This document shows, piece by piece, positions 34,407 through 43,888 of a DNA stretch of 45,797 nucleotides (positions within the stretch are counted from its first letter, which is position 1; each line of letters starts with the position of its first letter). This stretch comes from Candidatus Pacearchaeota archaeon RBG_13_36_9. GTDB taxonomy: Archaea > Nanobdellota > Nanobdellia > Pacearchaeales > GW2011-AR1. Made by a program: the position numbers and the translations under genes. The notes below the pieces were generated by a model. The model did no database searches, was not told the DNA's origin, and worked only from the letters and a program-made list of their open reading frames with translations. Where the stretch lies: positions 27,697 through 73,493 of the forward strand of contig MFWN01000024.1 of the NCBI GenBank assembly GCA_001786395.1, in the 5' to 3' direction.

Positions 34407-37400
34407 ACAGGAAAAGCATGGCTAAGATAGGAGCAATAAGCATTGTTGCAATTGTTCTTATAGCGATTATTTTGGTGGTGGTGGTTACTTTATTCAGTTC
34501 AGCCTTAATAGACAAGCAGGAATATTATTTGGGAGAGAGCATCAAGTTTAATATGGAGAATCTCGGGGATTACAAGCTTAAGATAACTACTCCTTCGACT
34601 TCTCTGATTAGGCTGGGAAGCAACGATGTTTTTATTTTCAGGCCTCAAGAGGCGGGTAATTATTCTGTGGAGCTTTGGAGAGGCGGGGGGAAACAGGATT
34701 ATTATTTTGAAGTTTTGTGGAATGGGACAGAAAACAATCCACCTGGAAATGAAACTGGACAGAATGATACTGAAGAAAATGAAACTGGCAGTTACGAGGA
34801 AGAAAAGCCTTTTGGATACGATGCAATTAAGATAGGCGAAAGTGTTAACTGGAGCATAGAAAGAGTTATTGAAAGCACTGTGAGAACTAAAATAGTTGTT
34901 CCTGATGCTGCTGAAAATATTAAGGTGTATAAGGCAACTGCTGCAGGAAAACAGGAAATTGAGTTTGAGGTTAGAGATTCTGTTTTTGGCGAGATATTGG
35001 ATGTTATTAACAAAAGAAATGAAAAAGAGGTCATTTTTCAGGCAAGTGGCAGGATTGTTGTTGAGTATACAACCAAAGGGCCAGAAAAGCAGGAAAAAAA
35101 GCTAGACGAGAGAACAAAAGAAATCAAGATAGGCTCTCCAGAGGGAGTTAATTATGAAAATGTCTTGGCTTATACTGAGATAGAAGCCAGCAGCAGGCAT
35201 TTTATCAGTGTTTATTGGAAAGAAGAAAAAAAGTTTGTGGATTTTAGATCTTATGATTTAAATGAAGATGGCAAGGTAGATAGGATTGAGTGGATTGTGC
35301 CCCATTTGTCTGAGCAGACCTTTGAAATAGTAGTGATAAGCAAGGCAGAGCATCTGGATCCTGGGAGAAATTTTATTTCAGATGTTTATAGCAATGTGAG
35401 CGTCAAGGATAGTATTTGGCAGGAAATTCCAGGGGGGAATTATTTAAGAGTAACTTTTGAAAAAAACCTGACAAATGGAAATGATATTACTTTATATGCA
35501 AGAGGAAGCGGAAAAGTAGAGGTTTATGAGAAAAATGGAAATGAGAAATTAATGGAGCTGGATATTAATGGGGAAAACTGGTATAAAGAATATTTCAGAG
35601 AATATTTATTTCAAGACAGTTTTGACTTGCTTATTTTTGGGAGTGTGGAGCTGGATTATGTTATTGACCCTACCCTTACAAATAGCCCTATTGGATATAC
35701 TGATCCGGGAAGTGACTGGGTAAATGAAACAGGGGGTTATTCAGATGGGGGATATTACGCCCAGGCAACTGCCCAGAATAAATACCTTATCTATTATAAC
35801 TATAGTTTCAGCATTCCAACTGGCTCTACTATCAACAGCGTAATGATAAGAGTTGATCAGTGGGCTTCAGATGGAAGTGATTACCATACTGTTGAAGTCA
35901 GCTGGGATGGCGGGGCTGCCTGGGGAAGCGCCACTGCACTTCCTGCCTCTTCAACAGAAAGAACTGATTGGGTGAATGTGACAAGCAATACCACCTGGAC
36001 AGTGGATAAGTTGAACAATACTAATTTTCAGGTGAGATTAAGAACCCAGGCTTCAGGCAAGCCTGCTGATTACTGGAGAGTGGATTGGGTGCCTGTGGAA
36101 GTTATTTATACAGAGCCAATTTCTGCGCTTTCAGTTTCTTTAAACAGCCCTATTGATTACTGGAACTACAGCGCCTATAATGTTTATTTTAATTACACTC
36201 CCTCAAGCACAGGAACTTTCATAAACTGCAGCCTATGGGATAATTCTTCAGGCACTTTTTCTCCGCAGGTTTATAATTCAACTGCGATAATAAATGGGAC
36301 CAGCAACCTTCTAAACAAGACTTATTCTTCAGATGGTTCATATTTATGGAATATAAGGTGCTGTGACAACACTAACTGCACTTTTTATTATTTCAACAGG
36401 ACATTTACGCTAGACACTGCTTATCCCACAGTCAATATAATAAGCCCGCCTGACAACAATTTTTCAGACTCTCCTTATGGAGTTGTTTTTACTTATAATG
36501 TTACAGATACTAGCGGAATTGTTAACTGCTCTCTGGTAATTGATGGAACTTTTGCTGATACAGATTCCACTGTGTCAACTTCTGTAAATCAAAATTTCAC
36601 TTACGGGCTTTCAAGCGGGCTTCATAACTGGAGCGTAAATTGCTCAGATTATGCAGGAAATCAGAATTCAAGCTCTACCAGAACAATTAATATCTCTGTT
36701 GCAGAGCAGGATTGGGGTGCAACGTGGTACGAGACATCTACTTCAACTTACACTTCAACAGCATATATAAACCTTGAGAATGTTAGAGATGGTACTGCCA
36801 ACTGGATGAATGCAACTATTGCTTCTAAGGGACTTTACACAATGGTTTCTGCAACCTCCCCTTTTATGGGCGGGCAGGGCGGCTTGCTGGAAGCAAGCTC
36901 TTCAGTCTCTTTTTTAAGCTACTTCTTAGTCCCAGACAACAAGGGGTATGTTACCTGGAAGGTTTATATTTCCAACAGTTCTGGAGATACATTACTATGC
37001 CAGAGTGGAAATGATGTTACAGGCGGCACAAGAATAGCAACAGTCGGCAGCAACACTTCTGTTTCTGGCTCATGCAACTCTCCTGCTTACGATTTGAGAG
37101 TTCAAGGCACAGACAGAATAAAACTTGTTTTGAATCTTTATAACGATGCGGTTTCAGCAGGGTCTTTTATACATTACTGGGATGACATTTTTCCTTCTCA
37201 GGTCGACTTGGGGAATTTTTCAACCTTGGGGATTCTTTATACAGATTTGTTTGCTCCAACAACTGATTTAAGCATAAACACTGGGGAGCAGTTCAATGTT
37301 TCCTGCGAAGTCAACTGCTCTGTTGGAAGATGCATGAACACTAAAGTTTATGTTCAATACAATACTTCTTCTTCTGACTGGGCAAATGTAAGCAGCTCTG

Positions 37401-40400
37401 GAAACTTAATCTTAGCTTCAGGGCAGACAAACGGGCACAGCTTAGGGAATGTCAATACCACTACTGTCTGGACTAATTTTACTTTGCAAGGAAATGCAGC
37501 CTCGGTAAATAATATAAGGTGCATAGGCATCTCTAATTATTCTATAGACTATGGCGAGACAACAAGGCAAATTACAGTCTCGGCAGCAAATCTTGCTCCA
37601 AATGTCATAGCGGTAACACAAAACAATTACTGGAGAAATGAATCTAGCATTGTGCTTTATTACAATGCAAGCGATGACAATAATTTGTTAGCCAACTGCT
37701 CGCTTTATCTAAACGGGCAATTGAATCAGACAAATTCTTCTGCTTTGCTTGATGCCCAGACAAATAACTTTACTATAAGTGCTATAGCTGATGGTTCTTA
37801 TAACTGGAGCGTGCAGTGTTTTGATACTGCTTCTTTGTCTAACTGGTCGCAGAACAGGACATTTTATATTGATACCTCTTTTCCCGGGCTTATTCTTAAT
37901 TATCCAGGCATAGATGATGTTTTATATATTAGTACTGTTAGTTTCAACTTCACTGCAACAGATAATATGGTTTTGAATATAACCTGCAACCTTACTGTAG
38001 ACGGCAGTGTTGTCGATGCCAATTTTAATGTTACTAATGGGACAATGGTCAACAGGACACGTACGGGGATAGGTATCGGAGACCATCTCTGGAATGTAAC
38101 TTGCTGGGACAGGGCAGGCAATATAAATAAAAGTGAGACAAGAAACTTTACTATAACTGACCTGCCGCCGACTGTTTTGTTGATAGAGCCTAATAACAGC
38201 TACTGGCATAATGAATCGAATATTACTCTTTATTACAATGCATCTGATAATAATAATTTAGCCAATTGCTCGCTTTATCTTAACGGGCAGTTCAACCAGT
38301 CCAATAGTTCTGCAATATTAAACGGAGAGCTTAGCAATTTCACCATTCCTTTTATAGCAGACGGAGAGTATAACTGGACTGTTAACTGTACAGATAATGC
38401 AGGGCTTAACACCAGCTCCTCTAAGAGAACATTTTACATAGATACAATTTTTCCTGAAGTTGATTTGAATGCTCCCCGGGACAATAATTTTTCCTTAACC
38501 TCCAGCGTTTATTTTAATTTCACTGCAACAGATAACCTTGATACAAATTTAACCTGCAACCTTACTATTAACAGCGCAGTGACTGGGGGCAGCAATTTTA
38601 ATGCAAGCAATGGAACGCTTACCAACAAGCTTGTTACTGGATTGACTGATGGAGATAAATACTGGAATGTCACCTGTATTGACAATGCAGGAAACTTAAA
38701 CACGAGCCGGACATGGATGTTAAACGTTACAGTGTACCCTTCTGTTGCCCTGAATACTTCAGATAACTCTTTTTTTAATTATTCTGATATTTACCTTAAT
38801 TATACGCCGAGCGACAATACCAATTTAAGCAATTGCTCGCTTTATCTTAACGGGCAGTTCAATCAAACTAACTCTTCCAGAGTCTTAAACGGGCAGATGA
38901 ATAACTTCAGCCTTTTGGCTGGAAGCGGCTATTATAACTGGAGTGTTGTTTGTTATGACTATATTGGCTTGAAAAACTGGTCTGCAAACAGGACATTTAC
39001 TGTGGACTTGGCATATCCTACTATAAACCTATCCTATCCACTTCCTAACCAGACTATTTATGATGCTACAGTTTATTTTAACTACACTGCCGTAGATGAT
39101 TTAGATACTTCCATAGAGTGCAACTTAACTGTAAATAACAGCGTTCTTAATTATACCTTTGCTGTAAATGGCAGCGTTACTTCAATCCCTATAACTTTCA
39201 CCCGGGGGGGATTTAAGATGTGGAATGTCAGCTGCTGGGACAATGCAGGCAACTTAAATTACAGCGAGACAAGAAACTTTACTCTTTATCTTCCTCCGAA
39301 GGTTAACCTGAGCAGACCTGACAATAATTACTGGAATAATGAGAGCAGCATAGTGTTGTTTTATAACATAACAGAATATAATGCAAACATTGTAAACACA
39401 ACTTTGTATATTAACGGGCAGGTTAACCAGACAAATAGTTCTGAAGTCTCTACCACCGGAGAAAATAATTTTACAATAGAATATTTGGCAGATGGAGCTT
39501 ATAATTGGACAGTTATAGTTAAGGATATAGAGAATCTTATCGGCACAACAGTCAATAGGACTTTTTACATTGATACTTTGCCTCCCAATGTAACCCTTAG
39601 TCAGCCAGGAGATTATTCCACTGTTGACACAAATAATGTCAGTTTTAATTTTACTGTCTATGACAACCTTGCCCCCAACCTGACCTGCAATTTGAGCATT
39701 TCAGGATTTGTTGAGGATGAATTCATGGATATGGTTATAACAGAAGGGCAAGCTACTGCAAGGTATATGCTTCTTCATGATGGAGATTATTACTGGAGCG
39801 TCGAGTGCATGGATCTTGCAGGGAACTATAACATTACAGAAGAATGGAATTTTACAGTTGAAGCACCTCCAAATGTGACTTTAGTTTCGCCTGAACCTGA
39901 TTATAGGACAAACAGCTCGAACATTACTTTTGTTTATTTGCCAGAGGATTATTATCCGATGATTCAGTGCGATCTTTACATTGATGGCTTGTTTAATGAT
40001 ACTGATGAGGGTATAGAAGAAAATGAGAACAACCAGTTCGATGTTTATTATATCTCTGAAGGAAATCATAACTGGACTGTCAACTGCACTGATTCGGATT
40101 GGAACACTTTCCAGCCAGATGTCCGCTTTTTTACAATTGATAAAACACCTCCTAATGTTAATTTGATGCTTCCTTTAAATGACTCTGGAATTGATTTTAA
40201 TGAAGGCAATATAACTTTTTGGTGGAATGCAACAGACCTTTTAGATTCACAGTTGAAATGCGATTTGAGGATAGATGGCAATAAGCAAGGAGCTACTAAG
40301 GATGTAACTTCTGGAACCCCTTATCAGGAAGATATAGATACTTTAACAGAAGGGGGGCATTATTGGAACGTGACTTGCTGGGACAGAGCAGGCAATACTA

Positions 40401-41350
40401 ATACAAGCGCTCCCTGGATATTCAATTTCACTTATCCTGATTTTTTTATCAATTTAACTTATTTTATTTTTAATACAACCTCTCCTGCAGAGGATGACCT
40501 AGTTTTGATTAATGCCACAATAAGAAATTTGGGAGGGGCTGATGTGGATAGCTTTGTAGTTCAGTTTTATGATGGAGACCCTGATTCGGGGGGGGTACAA
40601 ATAAATGGAAACAAAACTTTGAGTATCTTAAGGTACAATACAACTGAGACTAATGTTGTATGGACAGCAGACAGGGGAGACAGCCAGATTTATGTGGTTA
40701 TAGACCCGACAGTATCTTCTGGAGGGCTGTTAGACGAGTGGAACGAAACTAATAATGAGGTGAACAGAAGCATTATTGTGGGCTCTTGGTACGTGCTGTA
40801 TGGCAACGTGACTTCTGAGAGCATTTATGTATTGGATGATGAAACGAGCAGGGTTATTAAATGGTTTGCAAATGATACTTATAATGGCAGCATTTTCGTT
40901 GCAGACGAAGAAAGCATTATTTCCTGGGCAGATGTCCAGGCCATTGGAAAAAACGAAACTGGCGGAAATACCAGCAATGATTTCGCAGATATTGATGCTC
41001 TTTTGGAAATGAGCGGATTCAGCGATTCAGTTTACAATGTTTTTACAGATAGTGGGACCACAAGAGACAGAGCTACCTTTTTGATATTCCAGAAACAGGT
41101 GAACTATGTGCCTGTTGCTAATTCAACCAACAATACTAATTTCGTCACTGGAATACTCTGGGATATGTTAGATGATGAAGACGGGCAATACAGCCAGGCT
41201 GATGAAGAAGATTTGGTTTTTACTTCCAAAATTAATAAGGGTGCAGTGGGGGCTTATGGAGCGTATGATTATGAAGTAAGGATTCCAGCTGCATTAAGAG
41301 AGTATAAAGGAACAGACTCAGAAGTTGCAATTTATATAGAGCTATACTAG
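34403..41350 (+). CDS. Giant (2315 aa) adhesin-like glycoprotein: Ig-like repeats, CARDB-like domain, C-terminal domain shared with 42237 and 43122
   Basis: N-terminal hydrophobic signal/anchor. Repeated 'NCSLYLNGQ.NQTN' and 'FNFTATDN...CNLT...HYWNVTC.D.AGN' units. CARDB-like 'INATIRNLGG...VVIDP...EWNETNN'. Ends 'IYIELY'. Confidence 0.88.
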   Translation: MNRKSMAKIGAISIVAIVLIAIILVVVVTLFSSALIDKQEYYLGESIKFNMENLGDYKLKITTPSTSLIRLGSNDVFIFRPQEAGNYSVELWRGGGKQDYYFEVLWNGTENNPPGNETGQNDTEENETGSYEEEKPFGYDAIKIGESVNWSIERVIESTVRTKIVVPDAAENIKVYKATAAGKQEIEFEVRDSVFGEILDVINKRNEKEVIFQASGRIVVEYTTKGPEKQEKKLDERTKEIKIGSPEGVNYENVLAYTEIEASSRHFISVYWKEEKKFVDFRSYDLNEDGKVDRIEWIVPHLSEQTFEIVVISKAEHLDPGRNFISDVYSNVSVKDSIWQEIPGGNYLRVTFEKNLTNGNDITLYARGSGKVEVYEKNGNEKLMELDINGENWYKEYFREYLFQDSFDLLIFGSVELDYVIDPTLTNSPIGYTDPGSDWVNETGGYSDGGYYAQATAQNKYLIYYNYSFSIPTGSTINSVMIRVDQWASDGSDYHTVEVSWDGGAAWGSATALPASSTERTDWVNVTSNTTWTVDKLNNTNFQVRLRTQASGKPADYWRVDWVPVEVIYTEPISALSVSLNSPIDYWNYSAYNVYFNYTPSSTGTFINCSLWDNSSGTFSPQVYNSTAIINGTSNLLNKTYSSDGSYLWNIRCCDNTNCTFYYFNRTFTLDTAYPTVNIISPPDNNFSDSPYGVVFTYNVTDTSGIVNCSLVIDGTFADTDSTVSTSVNQNFTYGLSSGLHNWSVNCSDYAGNQNSSSTRTINISVAEQDWGATWYETSTSTYTSTAYINLENVRDGTANWMNATIASKGLYTMVSATSPFMGGQGGLLEASSSVSFLSYFLVPDNKGYVTWKVYISNSSGDTLLCQSGNDVTGGTRIATVGSNTSVSGSCNSPAYDLRVQGTDRIKLVLNLYNDAVSAGSFIHYWDDIFPSQVDLGNFSTLGILYTDLFAPTTDLSINTGEQFNVSCEVNCSVGRCMNTKVYVQYNTSSSDWANVSSSGNLILASGQTNGHSLGNVNTTTVWTNFTLQGNAASVNNIRCIGISNYSIDYGETTRQITVSAANLAPNVIAVTQNNYWRNESSIVLYYNASDDNNLLANCSLYLNGQLNQTNSSALLDAQTNNFTISAIADGSYNWSVQCFDTASLSNWSQNRTFYIDTSFPGLILNYPGIDDVLYISTVSFNFTATDNMVLNITCNLTVDGSVVDANFNVTNGTMVNRTRTGIGIGDHLWNVTCWDRAGNINKSETRNFTITDLPPTVLLIEPNNSYWHNESNITLYYNASDNNNLANCSLYLNGQFNQSNSSAILNGELSNFTIPFIADGEYNWTVNCTDNAGLNTSSSKRTFYIDTIFPEVDLNAPRDNNFSLTSSVYFNFTATDNLDTNLTCNLTINSAVTGGSNFNASNGTLTNKLVTGLTDGDKYWNVTCIDNAGNLNTSRTWMLNVTVYPSVALNTSDNSFFNYSDIYLNYTPSDNTNLSNCSLYLNGQFNQTNSSRVLNGQMNNFSLLAGSGYYNWSVVCYDYIGLKNWSANRTFTVDLAYPTINLSYPLPNQTIYDATVYFNYTAVDDLDTSIECNLTVNNSVLNYTFAVNGSVTSIPITFTRGGFKMWNVSCWDNAGNLNYSETRNFTLYLPPKVNLSRPDNNYWNNESSIVLFYNITEYNANIVNTTLYINGQVNQTNSSEVSTTGENNFTIEYLADGAYNWTVIVKDIENLIGTTVNRTFYIDTLPPNVTLSQPGDYSTVDTNNVSFNFTVYDNLAPNLTCNLSISGFVEDEFMDMVITEGQATARYMLLHDGDYYWSVECMDLAGNYNITEEWNFTVEAPPNVTLVSPEPDYRTNSSNITFVYLPEDYYPMIQCDLYIDGLFNDTDEGIEENENNQFDVYYISEGNHNWTVNCTDSDWNTFQPDVRFFTIDKTPPNVNLMLPLNDSGIDFNEGNITFWWNATDLLDSQLKCDLRIDGNKQGATKDVTSGTPYQEDIDTLTEGGHYWNVTCWDRAGNTNTSAPWIFNFTYPDFFINLTYFIFNTTSPAEDDLVLINATIRNLGGADVDSFVVQFYDGDPDSGGVQINGNKTLSILRYNTTETNVVWTADRGDSQIYVVIDPTVSSGGLLDEWNETNNEVNRSIIVGSWYVLYGNVTSESIYVLDDETSRVIKWFANDTYNGSIFVADEESIISWADVQAIGKNETGGNTSNDFADIDALLEMSGFSDSVYNVFTDSGTTRDRATFLIFQKQVNYVPVANSTNNTNFVTGILWDMLDDEDGQYSQADEEDLVFTSKINKGAVGAYGAYDYEVRIPAALREYKGTDSEVAIYIELY

Positions 41351-41489
41351 GGAGATAATGCAAAAGGTTCATTGAACTTTGCTGCTTTCAGACAAGCAAA
41401 GTTCTTCAGTTATTTGGAAATTGTTTGGCTTACTTTAATATAGGGAACAGAGATTTAAAAGCTGGGGGCAAGAGGGTTATGGAACTACC

Positions 41490-42032
41490 TTAAGAAACTG
41501 TGCCAGTGCTTTTTCTTTGCCAGATTATCTTTTGTTCTAAGTTGTAGTTTTTAAATTCCCTTAACTTTATATATTGGGCTTCTGAAATCTCAACATAATT
41601 TATCCTGAAATTATATTTATCTTTAATTTCCTGCACCAACTTGTTAATTTTTTCTTGCGGCAGAAAGTCTCCCACTACCAGCAATTTTGCAGCGTTGCCT
41701 TCCTTGGATTCTAAGATTATTTTTTTGGAGCGCGGATGGGAGGCTATTGTTTCTATAAACTTTTGTAAAGGATCCCCATCTTTTTTTAGCAGATTCATCA
41801 GTTCTTTAGTCTTTTCATTTTGGTCCAGCTGATAAAATCTTACTTTTCCTATTATTTTGGTTTTTAAGAAGCCCTTTTCTGAGAGCTTGTTAAGTATCCT
41901 GAAAGTCGTGGTGATGTTCACTTTTGCAAGATTTGCAACATCTGTAAGAAAATAATTTTTCTCGGGGTTTTCCATAAAAAGATTTATTATTCTTACAATC
42001 TTTTCATCAAAAAGGTCTTTCAGAATCTCCAT
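41490..42032 (-). CDS. Winged-HTH regulator fused to a degenerate nucleotidyltransferase-like domain
   Basis: wHTH 'YFLTDVANLAKVNITTTFRILNKL...IGKVRFYQL'. C-terminal 'KKIILESKEGNAAKLLVVG...INYVEIS...Y' follows the MNT layout but lacks GS and DxD. Confidence 0.7.
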   Translation of the reverse strand: MEILKDLFDEKIVRIINLFMENPEKNYFLTDVANLAKVNITTTFRILNKLSEKGFLKTKIIGKVRFYQLDQNEKTKELMNLLKKDGDPLQKFIETIASHPRSKKIILESKEGNAAKLLVVGDFLPQEKINKLVQEIKDKYNFRINYVEISEAQYIKLREFKNYNLEQKIIWQRKSTGTVS

Positions 42033-42071
42033 TTCTTGCTTTCTTTCCCCTCTTTATGTTAGGGAAATCAA

Positions 42072-42180
42072 GTTTATAAATGTTTTCATTTTTGAAAATA
42101 CAAGTTTCAATTCTGATGATGATAGATTTCATTTTTGAAATGGTTATTTCATTTTTGAAAAAAGCGAAACATTTATAAAG
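42072..42180. promoter_or_regulatory. Divergent promoters flanking four phased TTTCA-N4-TGAAA palindromes
   Basis: tttcatttttgaaa at 42084, 42127 and 42147, variant tttcaattctgatg at 42105. TATA tttataaa at about 42073 and gcgaaacatttataaa at 42164-42179. Confidence 0.75.
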
Positions 42181-42236
42181 ACTAAAGTTTTTAAAATGGG
42201 ATAATTAACCCTTGAAAGGAGGAAAAAAGAGGTAAT

Positions 42237-42989
42237 ATGAAGACAGTAGAAGGTTTATCCTTATTTATACTTATAATTGCAGTTATAGCTTTGTTTTCAG
42301 CTGGGCTGGTTTTAGCGGTAGTTCCTTTTGGTGCAGATATAACAGAAAATGTCACTACAAGAGCTGCACCAGATGATCCTGAGCTCCATAATGCTAATGC
42401 AGGAAATGTGACTTATATGACTATTTTTGGCTACTCTGTAACGCAGGCATGGCAGGGTTACTATGGTAATGTTTCTGGTACAATAATGTTGGCAGATAAC
42501 AACGATAAAGTATTGTACAATTGGAGCCTGGCAAATCCAGAGGGCGAGGTTTATGCAACTGAAAACGGAACAGGGCAGGTTGACTGGGGCAATGTAGAAT
42601 GCTTTAATATATCTGAAAATGGAAATCTAACTGCTTTGGAGACTTGGTTCAACATCTCTTCAGCTGATCCTGATGGTGTCAATGAAACTTTCTCATACAG
42701 CAATGATCACGATGTTTTTTATACTGCAGATGAGACTTTTAGTTATGGCGAGTGTGCAGCAGCTTTTATGTTTAACAGCTCGGGAGCTTCTGACCCTACA
42801 CAATTCCAGGAAGTGCTTCTCACAGACCAATCAGATGATGTGCAAATAATTTTCGTTGCACTTATCGAGGAATTTGGAAGAGCTGGTTTTGATGGGAATA
42901 ACTATGACTTTGAAATGGTTGTTTTGGAGAATGGGCATGGCACAGATACAGCATACAGGAACTACTACTTTTATGTAGAGTTGCAATAA
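42237..42989 (+). CDS. Secreted 250-aa acidic beta protein (candidate major structural subunit)
   Basis: Strong SD (aaggagg...gaggt), Sec signal peptide, 'WQGYYGNVSG...YDFEMVV...YYFYVELQ', two Cys. Confidence 0.85.
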   Translation: MKTVEGLSLFILIIAVIALFSAGLVLAVVPFGADITENVTTRAAPDDPELHNANAGNVTYMTIFGYSVTQAWQGYYGNVSGTIMLADNNDKVLYNWSLANPEGEVYATENGTGQVDWGNVECFNISENGNLTALETWFNISSADPDGVNETFSYSNDHDVFYTADETFSYGECAAAFMFNSSGASDPTQFQEVLLTDQSDDVQIIFVALIEEFGRAGFDGNNYDFEMVVLENGHGTDTAYRNYYFYVELQ

Positions 42990-43038
42990 GGTTATTTTAT
43001 TTATTATTTTTTAGTTAAATAAGAAGTAGAGGGTTAAT

Positions 43039-43087
43039 ACAGAACAAAATGTTCTGTCTCCCAAAGTTTAGACAAACAAAAACTTTG
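43039..43087 (+). other. Two adjacent perfect 8-bp hairpins between the paralogous subunit genes
   Basis: acagaaca-aaa-tgttctgt (43039-43057) and caaagttt-N10-aaactttg (43062-43087). Confidence 0.45.
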
Positions 43088-43121
43088 TGATAAGGGAAGA
43101 GATTATAGAAACATAAAGAAG

Positions 43122-43886
43122 ATGAAAAACCATAAAAACTTGGTGGAATTGTTTTTAGTTATAACTGTAGGCTTGGCTATCTTTTTATTAATAAGGGTGC
43201 AGGCAGCTGACCCTGTTGGGCCAGATGCCATTGATTTGATAAGCAACGTGACCAAAAATACAACAGCCACAAAAATAATCAACATTTCGGGGGGCAGGAT
43301 AGGCACTTTTGATGTCAATGCAACTATCCAGAATCCGCGGTGGAAGGCATTTATCGGTAATGTTACTGGAAAATTCACTTTAATGGATGGGCAGGGGGCA
43401 ACGGTTTTTGACTGGACAATCAGTTCTATAACTGGAAGAATTTATGCCACAGCTAACTCTACTGCATTATCTTGGGCGTCTGTTAATTGCTCTAATGTCA
43501 CAAGTTTAGAATTGGAGAATGTAAAATTTAATCATACTAGAGCAGATGATAATATAACCAAAACCTTTAATGCTACAATTAATTCCACAGAAGACAACCT
43601 GACGATTTCTGGAGGGCATAATTATTTTTATGTTGGAGCCAGATACATGCCTGCAAACACCTGCCCAACATTAAACACTTATGAAAACAGCAACCCCCAG
43701 GATACTGATTTTGAAGAGGTGGCTTTATACGATGGGGGCAATATGATATATGCCGCTCTGCTGGAAGATAATGAGGCAGGTTATAATGGCTATAAATACG
43801 ATTTTCAGATGATTGTTCCTGAAATAGGCTTATCAGACTTTAGCGGGGCAACAGCCTACTATATTTATGTTGAAATTGGAACTTAA
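43122..43886 (+). CDS. Secreted 254-aa paralog of 42237-42989
   Basis: Signal peptide, 'WKAFIGNVTG...YDFQMIVPE...YYIYVEIG', the same two Cys positions. Confidence 0.85.
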   Translation: MKNHKNLVELFLVITVGLAIFLLIRVQAADPVGPDAIDLISNVTKNTTATKIINISGGRIGTFDVNATIQNPRWKAFIGNVTGKFTLMDGQGATVFDWTISSITGRIYATANSTALSWASVNCSNVTSLELENVKFNHTRADDNITKTFNATINSTEDNLTISGGHNYFYVGARYMPANTCPTLNTYENSNPQDTDFEEVALYDGGNMIYAALLEDNEAGYNGYKYDFQMIVPEIGLSDFSGATAYYIYVEIGT

Positions 43887-43888
43887 AA

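Noticed and set aside
41490..42032. MNT-HEPN toxin-antitoxin pair
   Set aside because: Catalytic GS/DxD residues are absent and there is no adjacent HEPN gene.
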